Part shown: one piece after another, positions 29,155-40,193 of the stretch
Position numbering within the stretch: the first letter of the stretch is position 1
How the letters are laid out: every line of letters starts with the position of its first letter
Position numbers and translations under genes: made by a program
The notes under the pieces: generated by a model
Told to the model about the DNA's origin: nothing
The model's input: the letters and a program-made list of their open reading frames with translations, nothing else
Databases searched by the model: none
IMG/VR virus record: IMGVR_UViG_3300020431_000008
Span: 13,603-77,602 of that record
Strand: one strand, 5' to 3'
Origin: a virus
Lineage: Duplodnaviria; Caudoviricetes
Length of the DNA stretch: 64,000 nucleotides

Positions 29155-29374
29155 TTTGCTTTATGATGGTTTGGAGCATTGATTTTATGTCGTTTATATT
29201 GTCAGAAAGGTCATCAACTTTTTCTTCAAGATCATCAACTCTCTGCCTTTCAGAAGAGAGTTTATTCCTAGTATTCATATAGGATTGAAATTGAGACTGG
29301 TCAGTATTGATAACTGCTCTAGAATTTGAGTCTCTAAAGTAGTTATCTTTTCCTTCTACTGGTAATAAATTCAT
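29144..29374 (-). CDS. Small coiled-coil hypothetical protein
   Basis: 76 aa; coupled to both neighbours. Confidence 0.75.
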   Translation of the reverse strand: MNLLPVEGKDNYFRDSNSRAVINTDQSQFQSYMNTRNKLSSERQRVDDLEEKVDDLSDNINDIKSMLQTIIKQNGK

Positions 29375-32300
29375 TATGCTAAGGCAATAACTCTAAGGTT
29401 TCTAAACTGAGGAACAACAGATTGATTAGTTGATGTACCAATCAATTTAATTCTAAAATTCTTAAATGGTTGAAGTTTATCAATAGTAAATGTATACTCC
29501 TTAAACAGATTAATAGAAGGTTCTTGAGTATAAGAATCAGATTTTCTGACCTCAATATCAGAAGTTCCATTACTAACAGTTGGATTAATTACATTACCAA
29601 AATCATCAATGTTGCCATATCCAGGGAATGCAGTAAATATTGTATCCTGAGCAGTTGTCTCTTGGTTTAGAGCATACAACATTCTGATGTCATTATAGTT
29701 AGAAACATAACCATCTATGTATACTCTCAAAGAAGATGCAGGATTCTCAAGTGTGATCAATTTAGTCACATACATTAGACTATTGGGATCATTTGGAACC
29801 CTATTTATTCTTGAATCAGTTGCATAATTAGTGATAGGAGAATTGACTCTGTTAGAAATAAAGATAACAGATGACTGATCAAGATCAATAGTAGGAGAAA
29901 TTCTCTTGTCGAAAGAATTCATATTTAAAGACATTGAGAATGACTTATTTCCAGGTAGTGTGGAGAGATATGTTTGTTCATTTGTCTTAGAAACAACCAT
30001 TCTCTGAGTTTCAAAGTAATTCTTCTCTTTCAGAGCAATTTCCTGATAACCTTGATCAATATATGATACTTCAGAACCAGAAACACTAGTTTCACTAACA
30101 GATCTCACAGCACCAAATACAGTTGTTCCTGTAGGTGATGTATTATTGATATTTGGAACAATCAAGCTATATGGAAGGTTATATGACCCTCTTGCATTGA
30201 TACCACCACCAAGTTTTATTTCAGTAAGATATCTTGCTCCAAATGTATTAGAAGAATCACTCTTATTAGTTCCATCTTTTGACATATCAATTTTGATATG
30301 ATAGTGGTCAATCCCAATAGCATCCTGAACTGTAGCATCAGAAAGAATATGAGTTTTATTAATTCTTCTTAGTGATATACCTGAGAACTCATACTTAGTA
30401 ACCAAATCATTCACCCTATGAATAGAAGAAAGTGTGTTATCAACTCCTCTACTAGTAATGCCAGTTAAAGTATTTGTATCACTTACACCAGTATATTCAA
30501 TAATCTCTGAACCAATTTTTATATAACCAGGATTGGTGATAGCAACTCCAACACCTTCAAAGATACTAAAGTTGGCAGTATTTCCAACTGAGATTGTACC
30601 AGTTTCAGTCTTTTGATAATCTAATATGAGTGGTGTTGCAGGAATATCAGTTTCAATATTTTTGAGAGTAACTCTATTGATTTCAGAATACATTCCATGA
30701 TTTCTTTGGAAGATCTTGAGATGTAGACCGTCACTGTTGACTCTGTAAGGTCCTATTGGGAATACACTACCACCAATACCAGCATTAATATCAGTAGCAA
30801 TGCCTGATGTGTCTGTGTATTGAAGTCTGTTGTTGGGACCAAATGTGCCCTGAACTTTATCAACGATCAGTTCATTAAACCCTTGCAGTGCAGGGACAGA
30901 AAGTTGCATACTAGCACCAAGATCTTCAGTTCCAACGATGAGAGGAGTCAGAACATCTCCAACTTGATATCCTTTACCACCTGAAACAACAGTAGCAGCA
31001 ATGGCAACACCATTAGATATTGTGATATCTGCAGTTGCATTAGTTCCTCTTCCAGTTACAGAAGTTAGAGCAATACCACTATAAGAGAATTGACCATTTC
31101 CTGGAGTATATCCTGTACCAACATTAGTTAGTGTCAGATTTCCAGTGATTGAACCAGCAAATCCAACTAGTTCTCCAGTTCCATCAGAATCAACCTGAAT
31201 AATAGTATTACCAATTTTCATATCATTATCTGCAACTGTGGTTCCAATACCAATACTGAGATTTCTAGGAACTGCTGTTACACCATTTCTGCTAATTCTT
31301 TCAAGTGCAGTTGGGAGTTGTGGGTTAAAGAACTCAACATTACCAACTCCAACAAAATCAGAACGATATATGGAGAATTTAAGATCCTCATACTGACTAG
31401 GAGTCCATACAGAAGCATTCTGTGACTTAAACAATGAACCAAGAATAGGTTGAGAAGTTACAAGAATTTGACCTGCTTCTGTTCCCAGAGTTGTAATGTC
31501 TGTTTCACCAAGTCTTGAGATGTAAACATTGTACTCAGTTGAGTTAGAAAGAAGCACAATAGCATATTCTTTTCTTCCCTCAAGAAATACAGGTGCTTCA
31601 AACGTAAATGTTGTTGGTGTTGAAGCATCATCTGATAAAAATATTTTATCAGGAGTAATGTCTACTTCAGAATAAGGAAGGACTGTAGAGGTAGGTGTTC
31701 CAATTAAAGTTTCTCTAATCTGGAGTGTTACAGGTAGACTTTCTGCCTTAGTTCTGAAGAATATATCAACTTTAGTGATGAATATACCAGTAGTATCACT
31801 AACACGGAATGTCTGGGCAAGAGGATCTCTTCCTCTCCATGGGGGTGCTGCTGGAGGTGCTGCTGGAGCTGGAGGGGCTGGTGGTGGTGGAGGTGGAGGT
31901 GTTGGTCTAAAGGTACTGCCAGTAACTAATTCAAATTGGAAGTCATCAGTTAATTGTCTAGTATCTCTAAAGTCATCATTAGTAGTGACAGTAGCATTTC
32001 TCAGTGATAGAGTGACCTCTTGTGTGTTATCAATATCACCCTGTGAGTAGAAAATCTCTTCAGCAGAAGTAGTTGTTGTACCTCTAATGGTACTATTGAC
32101 TGGACTACTAGAAAATCTAAATACATTTCTTCCTGTTTCAAACAAAGGATTAGAAATATTAGAACTGTCTGGAACAAAGAAAGAAGCAATTAATGTTCCT
32201 ACATTATCAGTCAATAATCTTACACTAGTTACAGTTGCTTCAGCACCATTTTCTCCTCTCAGAATCATACCTTGCTGAATATAACCACTAAACTGTGGGA

Positions 32301-35300
32301 AATCTTCAGATTGCAGACTAAATGTATCTACATTGAGCAGACTTGAAGACTGGGTATATCCATTTGGTATTACATTTGACCTTGAATATGGATTAGATGT
32401 ATAAAAATCAGTTGGAATATTAAATGGACCATACTTATGATTTGTATTAGCAACTCTGAATGAAATTTCAGCACCAGAAGAAGAGGTACGTATTGATTGT
32501 TCAGAGGAAGGCATTACACCTGTTACTGTTTCTCCAACAACAAATGTTCCAGTGTTCATTTGAATTTGAATCAGTTTAGGAACAGTAAATCTTGTTACAT
32601 CAACACCATCAAAGAAAGAATATAATGTTGTAAATGGTTTAAGCTTGGTTCCAGTAACTTGAATGTTACGAGATCTCATAAAGTGTAGAATGTCTCTATT
32701 GACAATCCTATCTCCTAATGATTCAGTATTAATTACTTCATTAATTGTCTGTTGAATACCAGTTCTATTCTGAGCTAGTGAAATTGCACCATCAACAGTT
32801 GTTGATTGAACTTCACTTAAAGCGCCATTTGCCCAACCAGGAGCAGCAATTGCTCCATTTCCAAGTCTTTGTCTTGCAGCAGTAAGAGACTCTGTTCTTT
32901 GTCCACTCGAAGAGGCATCTAATGTGACTCCAGTAGTTTCCCAAGAATCCCAAAGAACAGGAGTGACTCCAATTCTAGAACCATCAGCAGCATCAGTGAT
33001 TTCAGCACCAAGTGCTTCAGAAACACCTCTGAAAGATCCTTCCATAGACACATTACGCATCTCTTGCCTATTTGTGTCTATCCAAACATCAACAGTAGGT
33101 TCAAGAGCAACAGAACCTTGATAATATGTAATAAGGAAAGGAGTAACATTCTCAACTCTTGTAGAGAATGGTTGAGTCAACCAAGGAACATTAGTATAAT
33201 CAAGAGTGATCATTGAACCTGATCTTCTAATTCCAGATCCATTCAAACCCTCAAATCTAGAGTCAGCAGCAGTATCAACAGCATTCAACTGGAGATTAAA
33301 TGCTGTTGAATAGTGAGAAGGTCTTAGGACTTTTCTCTTAGTATCAATACTATTTCTGATACCAATGGTTGTATCTTGCGGTTGAGTTGTTGTAAAGTTA
33401 TCAACAAAGATTCCAGACTTGAACCTGTTGAATCCATTGATATCAGAAACAAAGGTATTAAGTGTTGACTGCTCAAGAAGATTGAGTGAAGTGTAATACT
33501 CAAGATTTTTTATTCTCTGTTCTAGTTTAGAAATATCATTCATCTGATATCTCTTATGCTCAATAGTCCTAACTCTTGCATCCTCTACATTATAGAGATA
33601 GGCAGGCATATAGATATTAGCAATGTTGAGTGATCCACTCTCTTCTTCTGGGAGAGAAGGAATATCATCAGGAGAACCATATTTTACATTAACATTTCCT
33701 TCTTTGTTTAAATAGATTCTATCTGCTCTAGCAAGGTAGTATTTGTAATCAAGTGTTACTGACTCATCAGATGCTATGATTCTACTAGAACTATGATTGC
33801 CATCATCAAACTTTCTTCCTGCATATTCTAGAGGAGAAGCTATACCATCTGCTACTGTATAATTACTTACTCTTGGTCTAGCATCAATAATATCAGTTAT
33901 TCTAACACCATTAATTGCTCCAATTTCAGTAGCGTAATCGAAATCATTATATGAGTTTACAGTAGTAATATCACCAGTATCTATAGAATCATAATAACCG
34001 TTTGTAAAGTAAACAATCAATTTTTTAGTAGGATTAGATAAAGTACCTCTTCTTATGATCCTACCATAATCATAAAAACTTTCTTTTTGTCCATTATAGA
34101 AGAGATAATCTCCTGTTACATTAACAGATCCAATATTGATTTGATTTGCCGTTGCTCTAACTGCAGAATCAGAGAATGATATAGGTTCATTATTTTCAAA
34201 AACATTCTCATTCTGATAGACGAATCCAATTGTATTATCAGTCTTTCTAGTAAGATAAATTGCTTTTGCACCACTAATTGATCCTGTAAGAGTTTCTCCA
34301 ATAATTAGATCATCAGTAGAAGCAGATGGTCCATTCATTGATGCAAGAGTCATAAATGGCGACTCTGGATCATTTAAATCAGTTGATTCATATACACCGT
34401 AAACTGCTACAACATCAGGAACATTTAATGAAATGATTGGGTCTTGAACTCTTGTTCCAAATGGGAAATTGCCATATGTCAAACCATCATTTAATGTGGT
34501 TCCACCAATACCTGATCCAGGAAGAGTTGACTTATCAATAATAATTCTATTTGATATATTCTTTAATTTAGTCTTTGAACTAACACCTTTTTTGCGAATA
34601 GTAGCAATCAATGTTGCACTAGGATCAGGTCCACTCAAACCATCTATGGTAAGAATTGTAGATCCAGCAGCAAAGTTGAACTTATCTGAAGTAAGAACTT
34701 CTGTTTTGCCATCAGATGTGATTAGAGAGTATCTTTCATCATCAAAGGGCAAAAATACATCAGTATTAGCATCTGGTACATTAATAGCAGCAGAAGATCC
34801 TACAGCATCAATAACAGCAGTGAAACTCTGCCTAAAGATAATATCAGAATCACTGAGATCTACAGACTCAATATTCTGTCTAGGAAGAATACTGTAAAGT
34901 GCTTCACTATTAGATTGGTTGCCAGAACCATTTGAATTTTGAAGTTTGCTGCTTACAATTTTAAGATCACTAGATGTGAAATCTGCACTAGGAAGAGAAC
35001 CATCATATACTCCATTAACACTTTCAACACTAGTAACAGTCAATGATGATGATTTTACTTCAGTAATTCTTGCCAAAGAGAAATCATTAAATCCTGGTCT
35101 TGAATACCTTACAAGGTTATTGACAGTAGCAATACCAGTAAATGATCTACCACCTAGAGCAGGACTAGTGATAGTAGATACTCCCAAACTTCCTGCTGTA
35201 ATTTGAGCAACCTCAAACGAGAATGTGGGACTTTGAATGATATCTGCTGTAAATGTATTGGATGTACCTACAACACTGTATACAGATTTTACGTCACTAA

Positions 35301-36927
35301 TCTTATAATTTTTAGCATCTATTAAGAATCTAGAATTATCTAGGAGACCATTAAACTTAAGTCTCTCTCCTTGAAAGAAATCACCTCTAACACTATATGC
35401 TGTAAGAGCAGTTCCTGAACTTACATCATACTTAAGAAACCCAGTAGCACCACTGGATTCTCCTTCAATATGAAGAGGTGTGGTCAAAATTGCTTCTATA
35501 TTGATATTGAGATCTTGATAAGTATCAATATCAAACAGAGAAAGATCCCATTGATTGATATTAGAATTTGTATTATTGTATGATCCAGACTCCAATGCAA
35601 AGTCATATAGTCTAGCTTGACCAATTTCCTTACCAGGAGCAGTTATGCTATCTATTCCAACTCTCTGACTTCTTAAACTAAGCGAATTAGTAGTATTAAA
35701 ACCAATAATTGGTGAACCATAAACTCTATTTGCCCCCAAAGTGGGACCAAATCCAAAATTTATACCTTGGTTTTTGACAAGTCTGGATGTTCTTGGTTTT
35801 GGAACATCAATTAGAGAAGATGTACGTTTTTCTACTAGATATCCTCTGACATATGCTTTACCAGGAGCAAGTTTGTAGACCATCAGATCATCTGTTGGAA
35901 CTTGACCCTGGGCAGTGATTTGTCCAGGTAAATATACTCCTCTATTTCCTTCTTGATTATCTAAACTCTCTCTAACAGTGGTTACAAACTCTTTTACATA
36001 ATAATGACCTGATTCATCAAAGGTTCTCTTTGCTAATTCATCTCCTAAGGTATTATATTGTGTAGTAGTGAGGATTGCGCTCAAAGATCCATCAGTAACT
36101 TCAGCAAGTTGAACAAATCCCTGGTCTGCATAGTTGTCAGGGAGCTTTTTGCTCAAAGTTGCTGTAATTTTGAGTCTATCAGCACCAGGTGCTGTATAAT
36201 TATTATACCCTTGAGCATTGTCATTTAGAGTTGGGTCAACATCTGAAGAAACTACCTCTTCGTTAACTGTAAGTCCAATTCTATAATTAGAGTTTGTGCT
36301 ATATTGATCCAGAATTAGAATCTGGCTGTCTACATTGACAAAATATCCTCTAAGGAAATAAACTCCTTGATTTAGAGTAAATGCAGACCCAATTGCAGCA
36401 GCATTAGTGGAAATTGTGTTGGCAAATCCCTCTCCAGCAGCAATAAATGTGGTTGCATATGAAATAGTAGTATTAGTTACCAGGACTTCGTCATCTTGGA
36501 AGGTATCTGTCGAGTTATCGTCACCTGAATCTTCATAATTCAAGTAAAGAGTATACAATCCTCTTACAGATTGCTGATTTGTGATATATGTTACTACAGT
36601 TGCAGTTACTCCTGATGTTCTGCCTGTGATTCTCTTACCAATTAATTGGTCTAGATATAGAGAAACAGGTATACCTAAGTATTCTGCTTGAATTTGAATA
36701 CAATAAAATCTATCATTATACGTCAGTTGCCCTGGAATAATTACAGAACCTTCTTTGAAAAGGTTATCTCCCATATCTTCAATTTGATTCTGAAGAATGG
36801 ATTGAAGATTATTTAATTCTCTAGCCTGTATAGGATATGCAGGCTTAAAAAGAACCTTATTATAGTTACTCTCTTGATCAAAGTCGTCAAAATAAGGAGC
36901 AACGTTGAGGTTTGTTTCCTGTGGCAT
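29374..36927 (-). CDS. Very large virion structural protein (DUF4815/VrlC-like, by recollection)
   Basis: 2517 aa; MPQETNLNVAPYFDDF, PGADRLKI, RYQMNDISKLEQRIKNLEYYTSL, DPLAQTF; follows gp8. Confidence 0.85.
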   Translation of the reverse strand: MPQETNLNVAPYFDDFDQESNYNKVLFKPAYPIQARELNNLQSILQNQIEDMGDNLFKEGSVIIPGQLTYNDRFYCIQIQAEYLGIPVSLYLDQLIGKRITGRTSGVTATVVTYITNQQSVRGLYTLYLNYEDSGDDNSTDTFQDDEVLVTNTTISYATTFIAAGEGFANTISTNAAAIGSAFTLNQGVYFLRGYFVNVDSQILILDQYSTNSNYRIGLTVNEEVVSSDVDPTLNDNAQGYNNYTAPGADRLKITATLSKKLPDNYADQGFVQLAEVTDGSLSAILTTTQYNTLGDELAKRTFDESGHYYVKEFVTTVRESLDNQEGNRGVYLPGQITAQGQVPTDDLMVYKLAPGKAYVRGYLVEKRTSSLIDVPKPRTSRLVKNQGINFGFGPTLGANRVYGSPIIGFNTTNSLSLRSQRVGIDSITAPGKEIGQARLYDFALESGSYNNTNSNINQWDLSLFDIDTYQDLNINIEAILTTPLHIEGESSGATGFLKYDVSSGTALTAYSVRGDFFQGERLKFNGLLDNSRFLIDAKNYKISDVKSVYSVVGTSNTFTADIIQSPTFSFEVAQITAGSLGVSTITSPALGGRSFTGIATVNNLVRYSRPGFNDFSLARITEVKSSSLTVTSVESVNGVYDGSLPSADFTSSDLKIVSSKLQNSNGSGNQSNSEALYSILPRQNIESVDLSDSDIIFRQSFTAVIDAVGSSAAINVPDANTDVFLPFDDERYSLITSDGKTEVLTSDKFNFAAGSTILTIDGLSGPDPSATLIATIRKKGVSSKTKLKNISNRIIIDKSTLPGSGIGGTTLNDGLTYGNFPFGTRVQDPIISLNVPDVVAVYGVYESTDLNDPESPFMTLASMNGPSASTDDLIIGETLTGSISGAKAIYLTRKTDNTIGFVYQNENVFENNEPISFSDSAVRATANQINIGSVNVTGDYLFYNGQKESFYDYGRIIRRGTLSNPTKKLIVYFTNGYYDSIDTGDITTVNSYNDFDYATEIGAINGVRITDIIDARPRVSNYTVADGIASPLEYAGRKFDDGNHSSSRIIASDESVTLDYKYYLARADRIYLNKEGNVNVKYGSPDDIPSLPEEESGSLNIANIYMPAYLYNVEDARVRTIEHKRYQMNDISKLEQRIKNLEYYTSLNLLEQSTLNTFVSDINGFNRFKSGIFVDNFTTTQPQDTTIGIRNSIDTKRKVLRPSHYSTAFNLQLNAVDTAADSRFEGLNGSGIRRSGSMITLDYTNVPWLTQPFSTRVENVTPFLITYYQGSVALEPTVDVWIDTNRQEMRNVSMEGSFRGVSEALGAEITDAADGSRIGVTPVLWDSWETTGVTLDASSSGQRTESLTAARQRLGNGAIAAPGWANGALSEVQSTTVDGAISLAQNRTGIQQTINEVINTESLGDRIVNRDILHFMRSRNIQVTGTKLKPFTTLYSFFDGVDVTRFTVPKLIQIQMNTGTFVVGETVTGVMPSSEQSIRTSSSGAEISFRVANTNHKYGPFNIPTDFYTSNPYSRSNVIPNGYTQSSSLLNVDTFSLQSEDFPQFSGYIQQGMILRGENGAEATVTSVRLLTDNVGTLIASFFVPDSSNISNPLFETGRNVFRFSSSPVNSTIRGTTTTSAEEIFYSQGDIDNTQEVTLSLRNATVTTNDDFRDTRQLTDDFQFELVTGSTFRPTPPPPPPPAPPAPAAPPAAPPWRGRDPLAQTFRVSDTTGIFITKVDIFFRTKAESLPVTLQIRETLIGTPTSTVLPYSEVDITPDKIFLSDDASTPTTFTFEAPVFLEGRKEYAIVLLSNSTEYNVYISRLGETDITTLGTEAGQILVTSQPILGSLFKSQNASVWTPSQYEDLKFSIYRSDFVGVGNVEFFNPQLPTALERISRNGVTAVPRNLSIGIGTTVADNDMKIGNTIIQVDSDGTGELVGFAGSITGNLTLTNVGTGYTPGNGQFSYSGIALTSVTGRGTNATADITISNGVAIAATVVSGGKGYQVGDVLTPLIVGTEDLGASMQLSVPALQGFNELIVDKVQGTFGPNNRLQYTDTSGIATDINAGIGGSVFPIGPYRVNSDGLHLKIFQRNHGMYSEINRVTLKNIETDIPATPLILDYQKTETGTISVGNTANFSIFEGVGVAITNPGYIKIGSEIIEYTGVSDTNTLTGITSRGVDNTLSSIHRVNDLVTKYEFSGISLRRINKTHILSDATVQDAIGIDHYHIKIDMSKDGTNKSDSSNTFGARYLTEIKLGGGINARGSYNLPYSLIVPNINNTSPTGTTVFGAVRSVSETSVSGSEVSYIDQGYQEIALKEKNYFETQRMVVSKTNEQTYLSTLPGNKSFSMSLNMNSFDKRISPTIDLDQSSVIFISNRVNSPITNYATDSRINRVPNDPNSLMYVTKLITLENPASSLRVYIDGYVSNYNDIRMLYALNQETTAQDTIFTAFPGYGNIDDFGNVINPTVSNGTSDIEVRKSDSYTQEPSINLFKEYTFTIDKLQPFKNFRIKLIGTSTNQSVVPQFRNLRVIALA

Positions 36928-36933
36928 AATTCT

Positions 36934-38487
36934 TTAGAACTGCAAGATAATCTTTACGTCTTCTTTCTGGGATGACGACCTTGTGACTGATGGTCTGTTG
37001 TCTACATATACAATATTTCCAGAATATTTTTTAGATTCTGGTTGAGCAACACCTTTAGTAAAGTCCTGACCCAGGTTATATGTTCTATTATTTATTACAG
37101 TTGTCAAACCTGTAAATCCAGTATCTATGCCCAAAATTGAACTTCCTCCACTAATGTCTAAACTTCCGTTTATACTTGGTGTTGCAGTAAATTCTAATAC
37201 TTCAAATCCATATGTTGGAGAAGAGTCTGCTTGCCCATTAAAAGAAAAACCTGAGTTTGTTCTATCTTGCCAATATTTTAGAACACCAGTAGTTTGATCA
37301 TAAGAAACAACTCTACCAACAGCAGTAGATGCAAGACCTACTGTTTGGGTTATGAGTGCATCACTAGTGAAAGCTGCTGAACTATAACCAGTCCCAGTCA
37401 ATCTTAGGGCATATACAGCACTTGCTTTATCAGTGTTGAGAATACTTGAAGAATTGTATGCTAAAGGATTTTCAACTAAACCTACTCTTGCAAACTGATT
37501 TCCTGTAATAAAATCAGGATTTTCAGTATCATTTTCAAATCTAGCATAAGTTAGAACATTATAAGCACCAAGTTCATTATAAACATCAGCACCATGACCT
37601 CCACTAGGTGGGATAATTACATTAAAGACAGGTATTGTGGAACCAGTAGGAACACCACCAGCAGCCAGGTCAATTGTGCCAAATGTGTAACCAGATCCAC
37701 CCTTTGAAACAGTTACTGATTCAATTTTAGCATCAGCATTAATTACAACAGTTGCTTCTGCTTCTGCTCCATCACCTGTAATAGGAACTTGTGTGTAAGT
37801 TCTAGAAGTGCCAAGTCCTGCGCCACGATTTCTAATAGTCACAATCTTTAGCTGACCACTTGTTGAGGCATTCTGTCTCACAGCAGTATTATCAATGCCA
37901 CTATCCCAATCATTGGGTACAGGAATATAGTTTGTAGAGTCAAACTTAATTGCCTGACTTGGTTTGATAGTATAAAGATATTTCCAAATATATGAATCAC
38001 CACTTGAACCAGCAGCTCTTGGTTCTAGGTCAGTAAATGTTGGCTCATCAAGAGATGGACCACCTTGAAAGTTATTTTCTGGAGTTGCATTATTATAGAG
38101 ACAAACATATACTCTATAGTCACTGTTCATTACATAGTAATTTGCAGAATAGATATCAAAAGAACCAGATGGTTGCGAAGAATTGCTTCTTGAAATATCA
38201 TTCCTCCACATATCATATGTAATACCAGACTGCCAGTTGATCTTTCTTACAACCTGACTAATATCACTTGCATTGATTTTTTTCAATGCAATCATAGTAT
38301 CCCAATAATCATTAGATTGATCTAGATTATCTTTAGGAGATGGTGGATTTATGTCCCAATCTGATTGATAATCAGAGGCATTAGGAAGACCAAGAAATGC
38401 ATAATAAGAATTTGTGCTGGACTGAACACCAGCGATAAAATTCTTGGCATTCAAGATTCTCAGTTGATCAGTAATTATCGCTGCCAT
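36934..38487 (-). CDS. gp8: Baseplate wedge subunit
   Basis: MAAIITDQLRILNA, YIWKYLYTI, YVDNRPSVTRSSSQKEDVKIILQF. Confidence 0.92.
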   Translation of the reverse strand: MAAIITDQLRILNAKNFIAGVQSSTNSYYAFLGLPNASDYQSDWDINPPSPKDNLDQSNDYWDTMIALKKINASDISQVVRKINWQSGITYDMWRNDISRSNSSQPSGSFDIYSANYYVMNSDYRVYVCLYNNATPENNFQGGPSLDEPTFTDLEPRAAGSSGDSYIWKYLYTIKPSQAIKFDSTNYIPVPNDWDSGIDNTAVRQNASTSGQLKIVTIRNRGAGLGTSRTYTQVPITGDGAEAEATVVINADAKIESVTVSKGGSGYTFGTIDLAAGGVPTGSTIPVFNVIIPPSGGHGADVYNELGAYNVLTYARFENDTENPDFITGNQFARVGLVENPLAYNSSSILNTDKASAVYALRLTGTGYSSAAFTSDALITQTVGLASTAVGRVVSYDQTTGVLKYWQDRTNSGFSFNGQADSSPTYGFEVLEFTATPSINGSLDISGGSSILGIDTGFTGLTTVINNRTYNLGQDFTKGVAQPESKKYSGNIVYVDNRPSVTRSSSQKEDVKIILQF

Positions 38488-38506
38488 TTTGTTAGGACTT
38501 TTTTCT

Positions 38507-38514
38507 TATTTATA
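38507..38514 (-). promoter_or_regulatory. Late promoter TATAAATA upstream of gp8
   Basis: Perfect consensus. Confidence 0.8.
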
Positions 38515-38528
38515 AGACAATTTAAATA

Positions 38529-40193
38529 TTATTTTGTGACTGATCTATTTGTTCTAGGATACTTCACCCCAGACACATCAGCATTTCTATTACCAAATGT
38601 AGTTTGTTGGAGAGAACCACTTGATCGTCTTTTCCTTTTGATAAAAAGGTATCTATTGTGACTAGATGAACCAAAAGTCTCATAATCATCATTTTCAGAT
38701 CCACTAGAACTCCCAACTTCAGGTAATGAATTTTCTTTTAAATATTGAAGAGCTTCAGAATTAGTGATATTAGGTTTATTTTGAGCAATACATGCTATGA
38801 CACCAGCAACTTGTGGACCTGACATACTGGTTCCACTAATTGAAGCAAGATAATATGAAGAATTTCTTGAGTCAGCAACTAGAGGAGTATAACCCTCACT
38901 TGTAGCACTGGCACTATCATAAACAGCAGAAATGATATCACTACCAGGACCCCAGATATCTACTCTTGATCCCCAATTACTAAAGTTAGATTTATATTCA
39001 GCAACTTTTGAACCAATTGATCCGACACAAATAACATTATCAGCTGATCCTGGTGATGAACCTCGTGAATGATATACTGTACTACTGTAATTAAGATAAG
39101 TATTGTCATAATCAGGATCACCTGAAACAGCACAATTCCAATAACTATTTCCAGCAGATGCGATAACAATTACACCGTCATCAATAGCATCTTGAATATC
39201 AGCATCTACTGCTGTAATCCTAACTGGAACCCTATACAAGTAACTACTAGCTGGAACAGGAATACCATTACTTTCTAATATTGCTCTTTTCTCAGAAGTA
39301 GTTCCATCAACAGCAGTAGTTGTTCCTCTATAATCTACTGATGAAATATTTGAAAGATAAGCACTATAATTTCCACCACTATAACCCCAACTATGATTGG
39401 TGATTGTTGGATTTCTTCTGCCAGTTTCTGGGTTAATTGGTTTATTTTTATGAAAATGTCTCAAATAATCCCACAACTTTTCAGCCCAATTACTTGTTCC
39501 TGATAAAGTGGAAGAGAAAGCCATATTATAAATGTTGGCATCTCTTGCCCATCCTTGTGTATTGCCAGCAACAGTTCCTGCTACATGGGAACCATGATTA
39601 GTATTTGGCGAAGATCCACTAGTACTGTAAGTGTAAGTACCGTTAGCTCCATATCCCAATACTGAATTGTATTGATACCAGTTAAACTGAACAACTCTAG
39701 ATCCACCAGTTCCATCAGAGTTAACAGCAAATTCTATATGATCTGGATTGATGTGTCCATCAACAATTACAACATCTACATTTTTTCCTGATACAGATGT
39801 TGCTATAGATTTATTTGTTATCTCAGTTGTTGAATCACTACCCCAGTTAGAAACACTATCACCTTCAATTACTCTATAAAGTCCCCAATTTTTGTCATCA
39901 CCAGCAAATGTTGATGTTGTTTTATTAAAATCTCCAGTCTGCTCCCATAGGTACTCTGGTGTAATACCTCTATCCTGTGCTGGACGCTCACAAGCAATCA
40001 CTCTAGAATCTTTTCTAATCTCTACTGCTTCCTCTTCAGTGAGCATGTAGTGAGTGTTGCGACTTATCTCTCTCCTATCAATAAGATCAACTGCCCTATC
40101 AGGAATATAAAAGGATCCTCCAGAAGTTTCTAAATCATCATATAAATCTTGTAAATCAGTTCTATTTTTGCAGGTTACTATGTATTCGTTCAT
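38529..40193 (-). CDS. Subtilisin-like S8 serine protease with N-terminal propeptide-like segment
   Basis: Triad motifs VDVVIVDGH (Asp), NHGSHVAGTVAG (His), GTSMSGPQVAG (Ser); oxyanion ASAGNS. Confidence 0.9.
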   Translation of the reverse strand: MNEYIVTCKNRTDLQDLYDDLETSGGSFYIPDRAVDLIDRREISRNTHYMLTEEEAVEIRKDSRVIACERPAQDRGITPEYLWEQTGDFNKTTSTFAGDDKNWGLYRVIEGDSVSNWGSDSTTEITNKSIATSVSGKNVDVVIVDGHINPDHIEFAVNSDGTGGSRVVQFNWYQYNSVLGYGANGTYTYSTSGSSPNTNHGSHVAGTVAGNTQGWARDANIYNMAFSSTLSGTSNWAEKLWDYLRHFHKNKPINPETGRRNPTITNHSWGYSGGNYSAYLSNISSVDYRGTTTAVDGTTSEKRAILESNGIPVPASSYLYRVPVRITAVDADIQDAIDDGVIVIASAGNSYWNCAVSGDPDYDNTYLNYSSTVYHSRGSSPGSADNVICVGSIGSKVAEYKSNFSNWGSRVDIWGPGSDIISAVYDSASATSEGYTPLVADSRNSSYYLASISGTSMSGPQVAGVIACIAQNKPNITNSEALQYLKENSLPEVGSSSGSENDDYETFGSSSHNRYLFIKRKRRSSGSLQQTTFGNRNADVSGVKYPRTNRSVTK

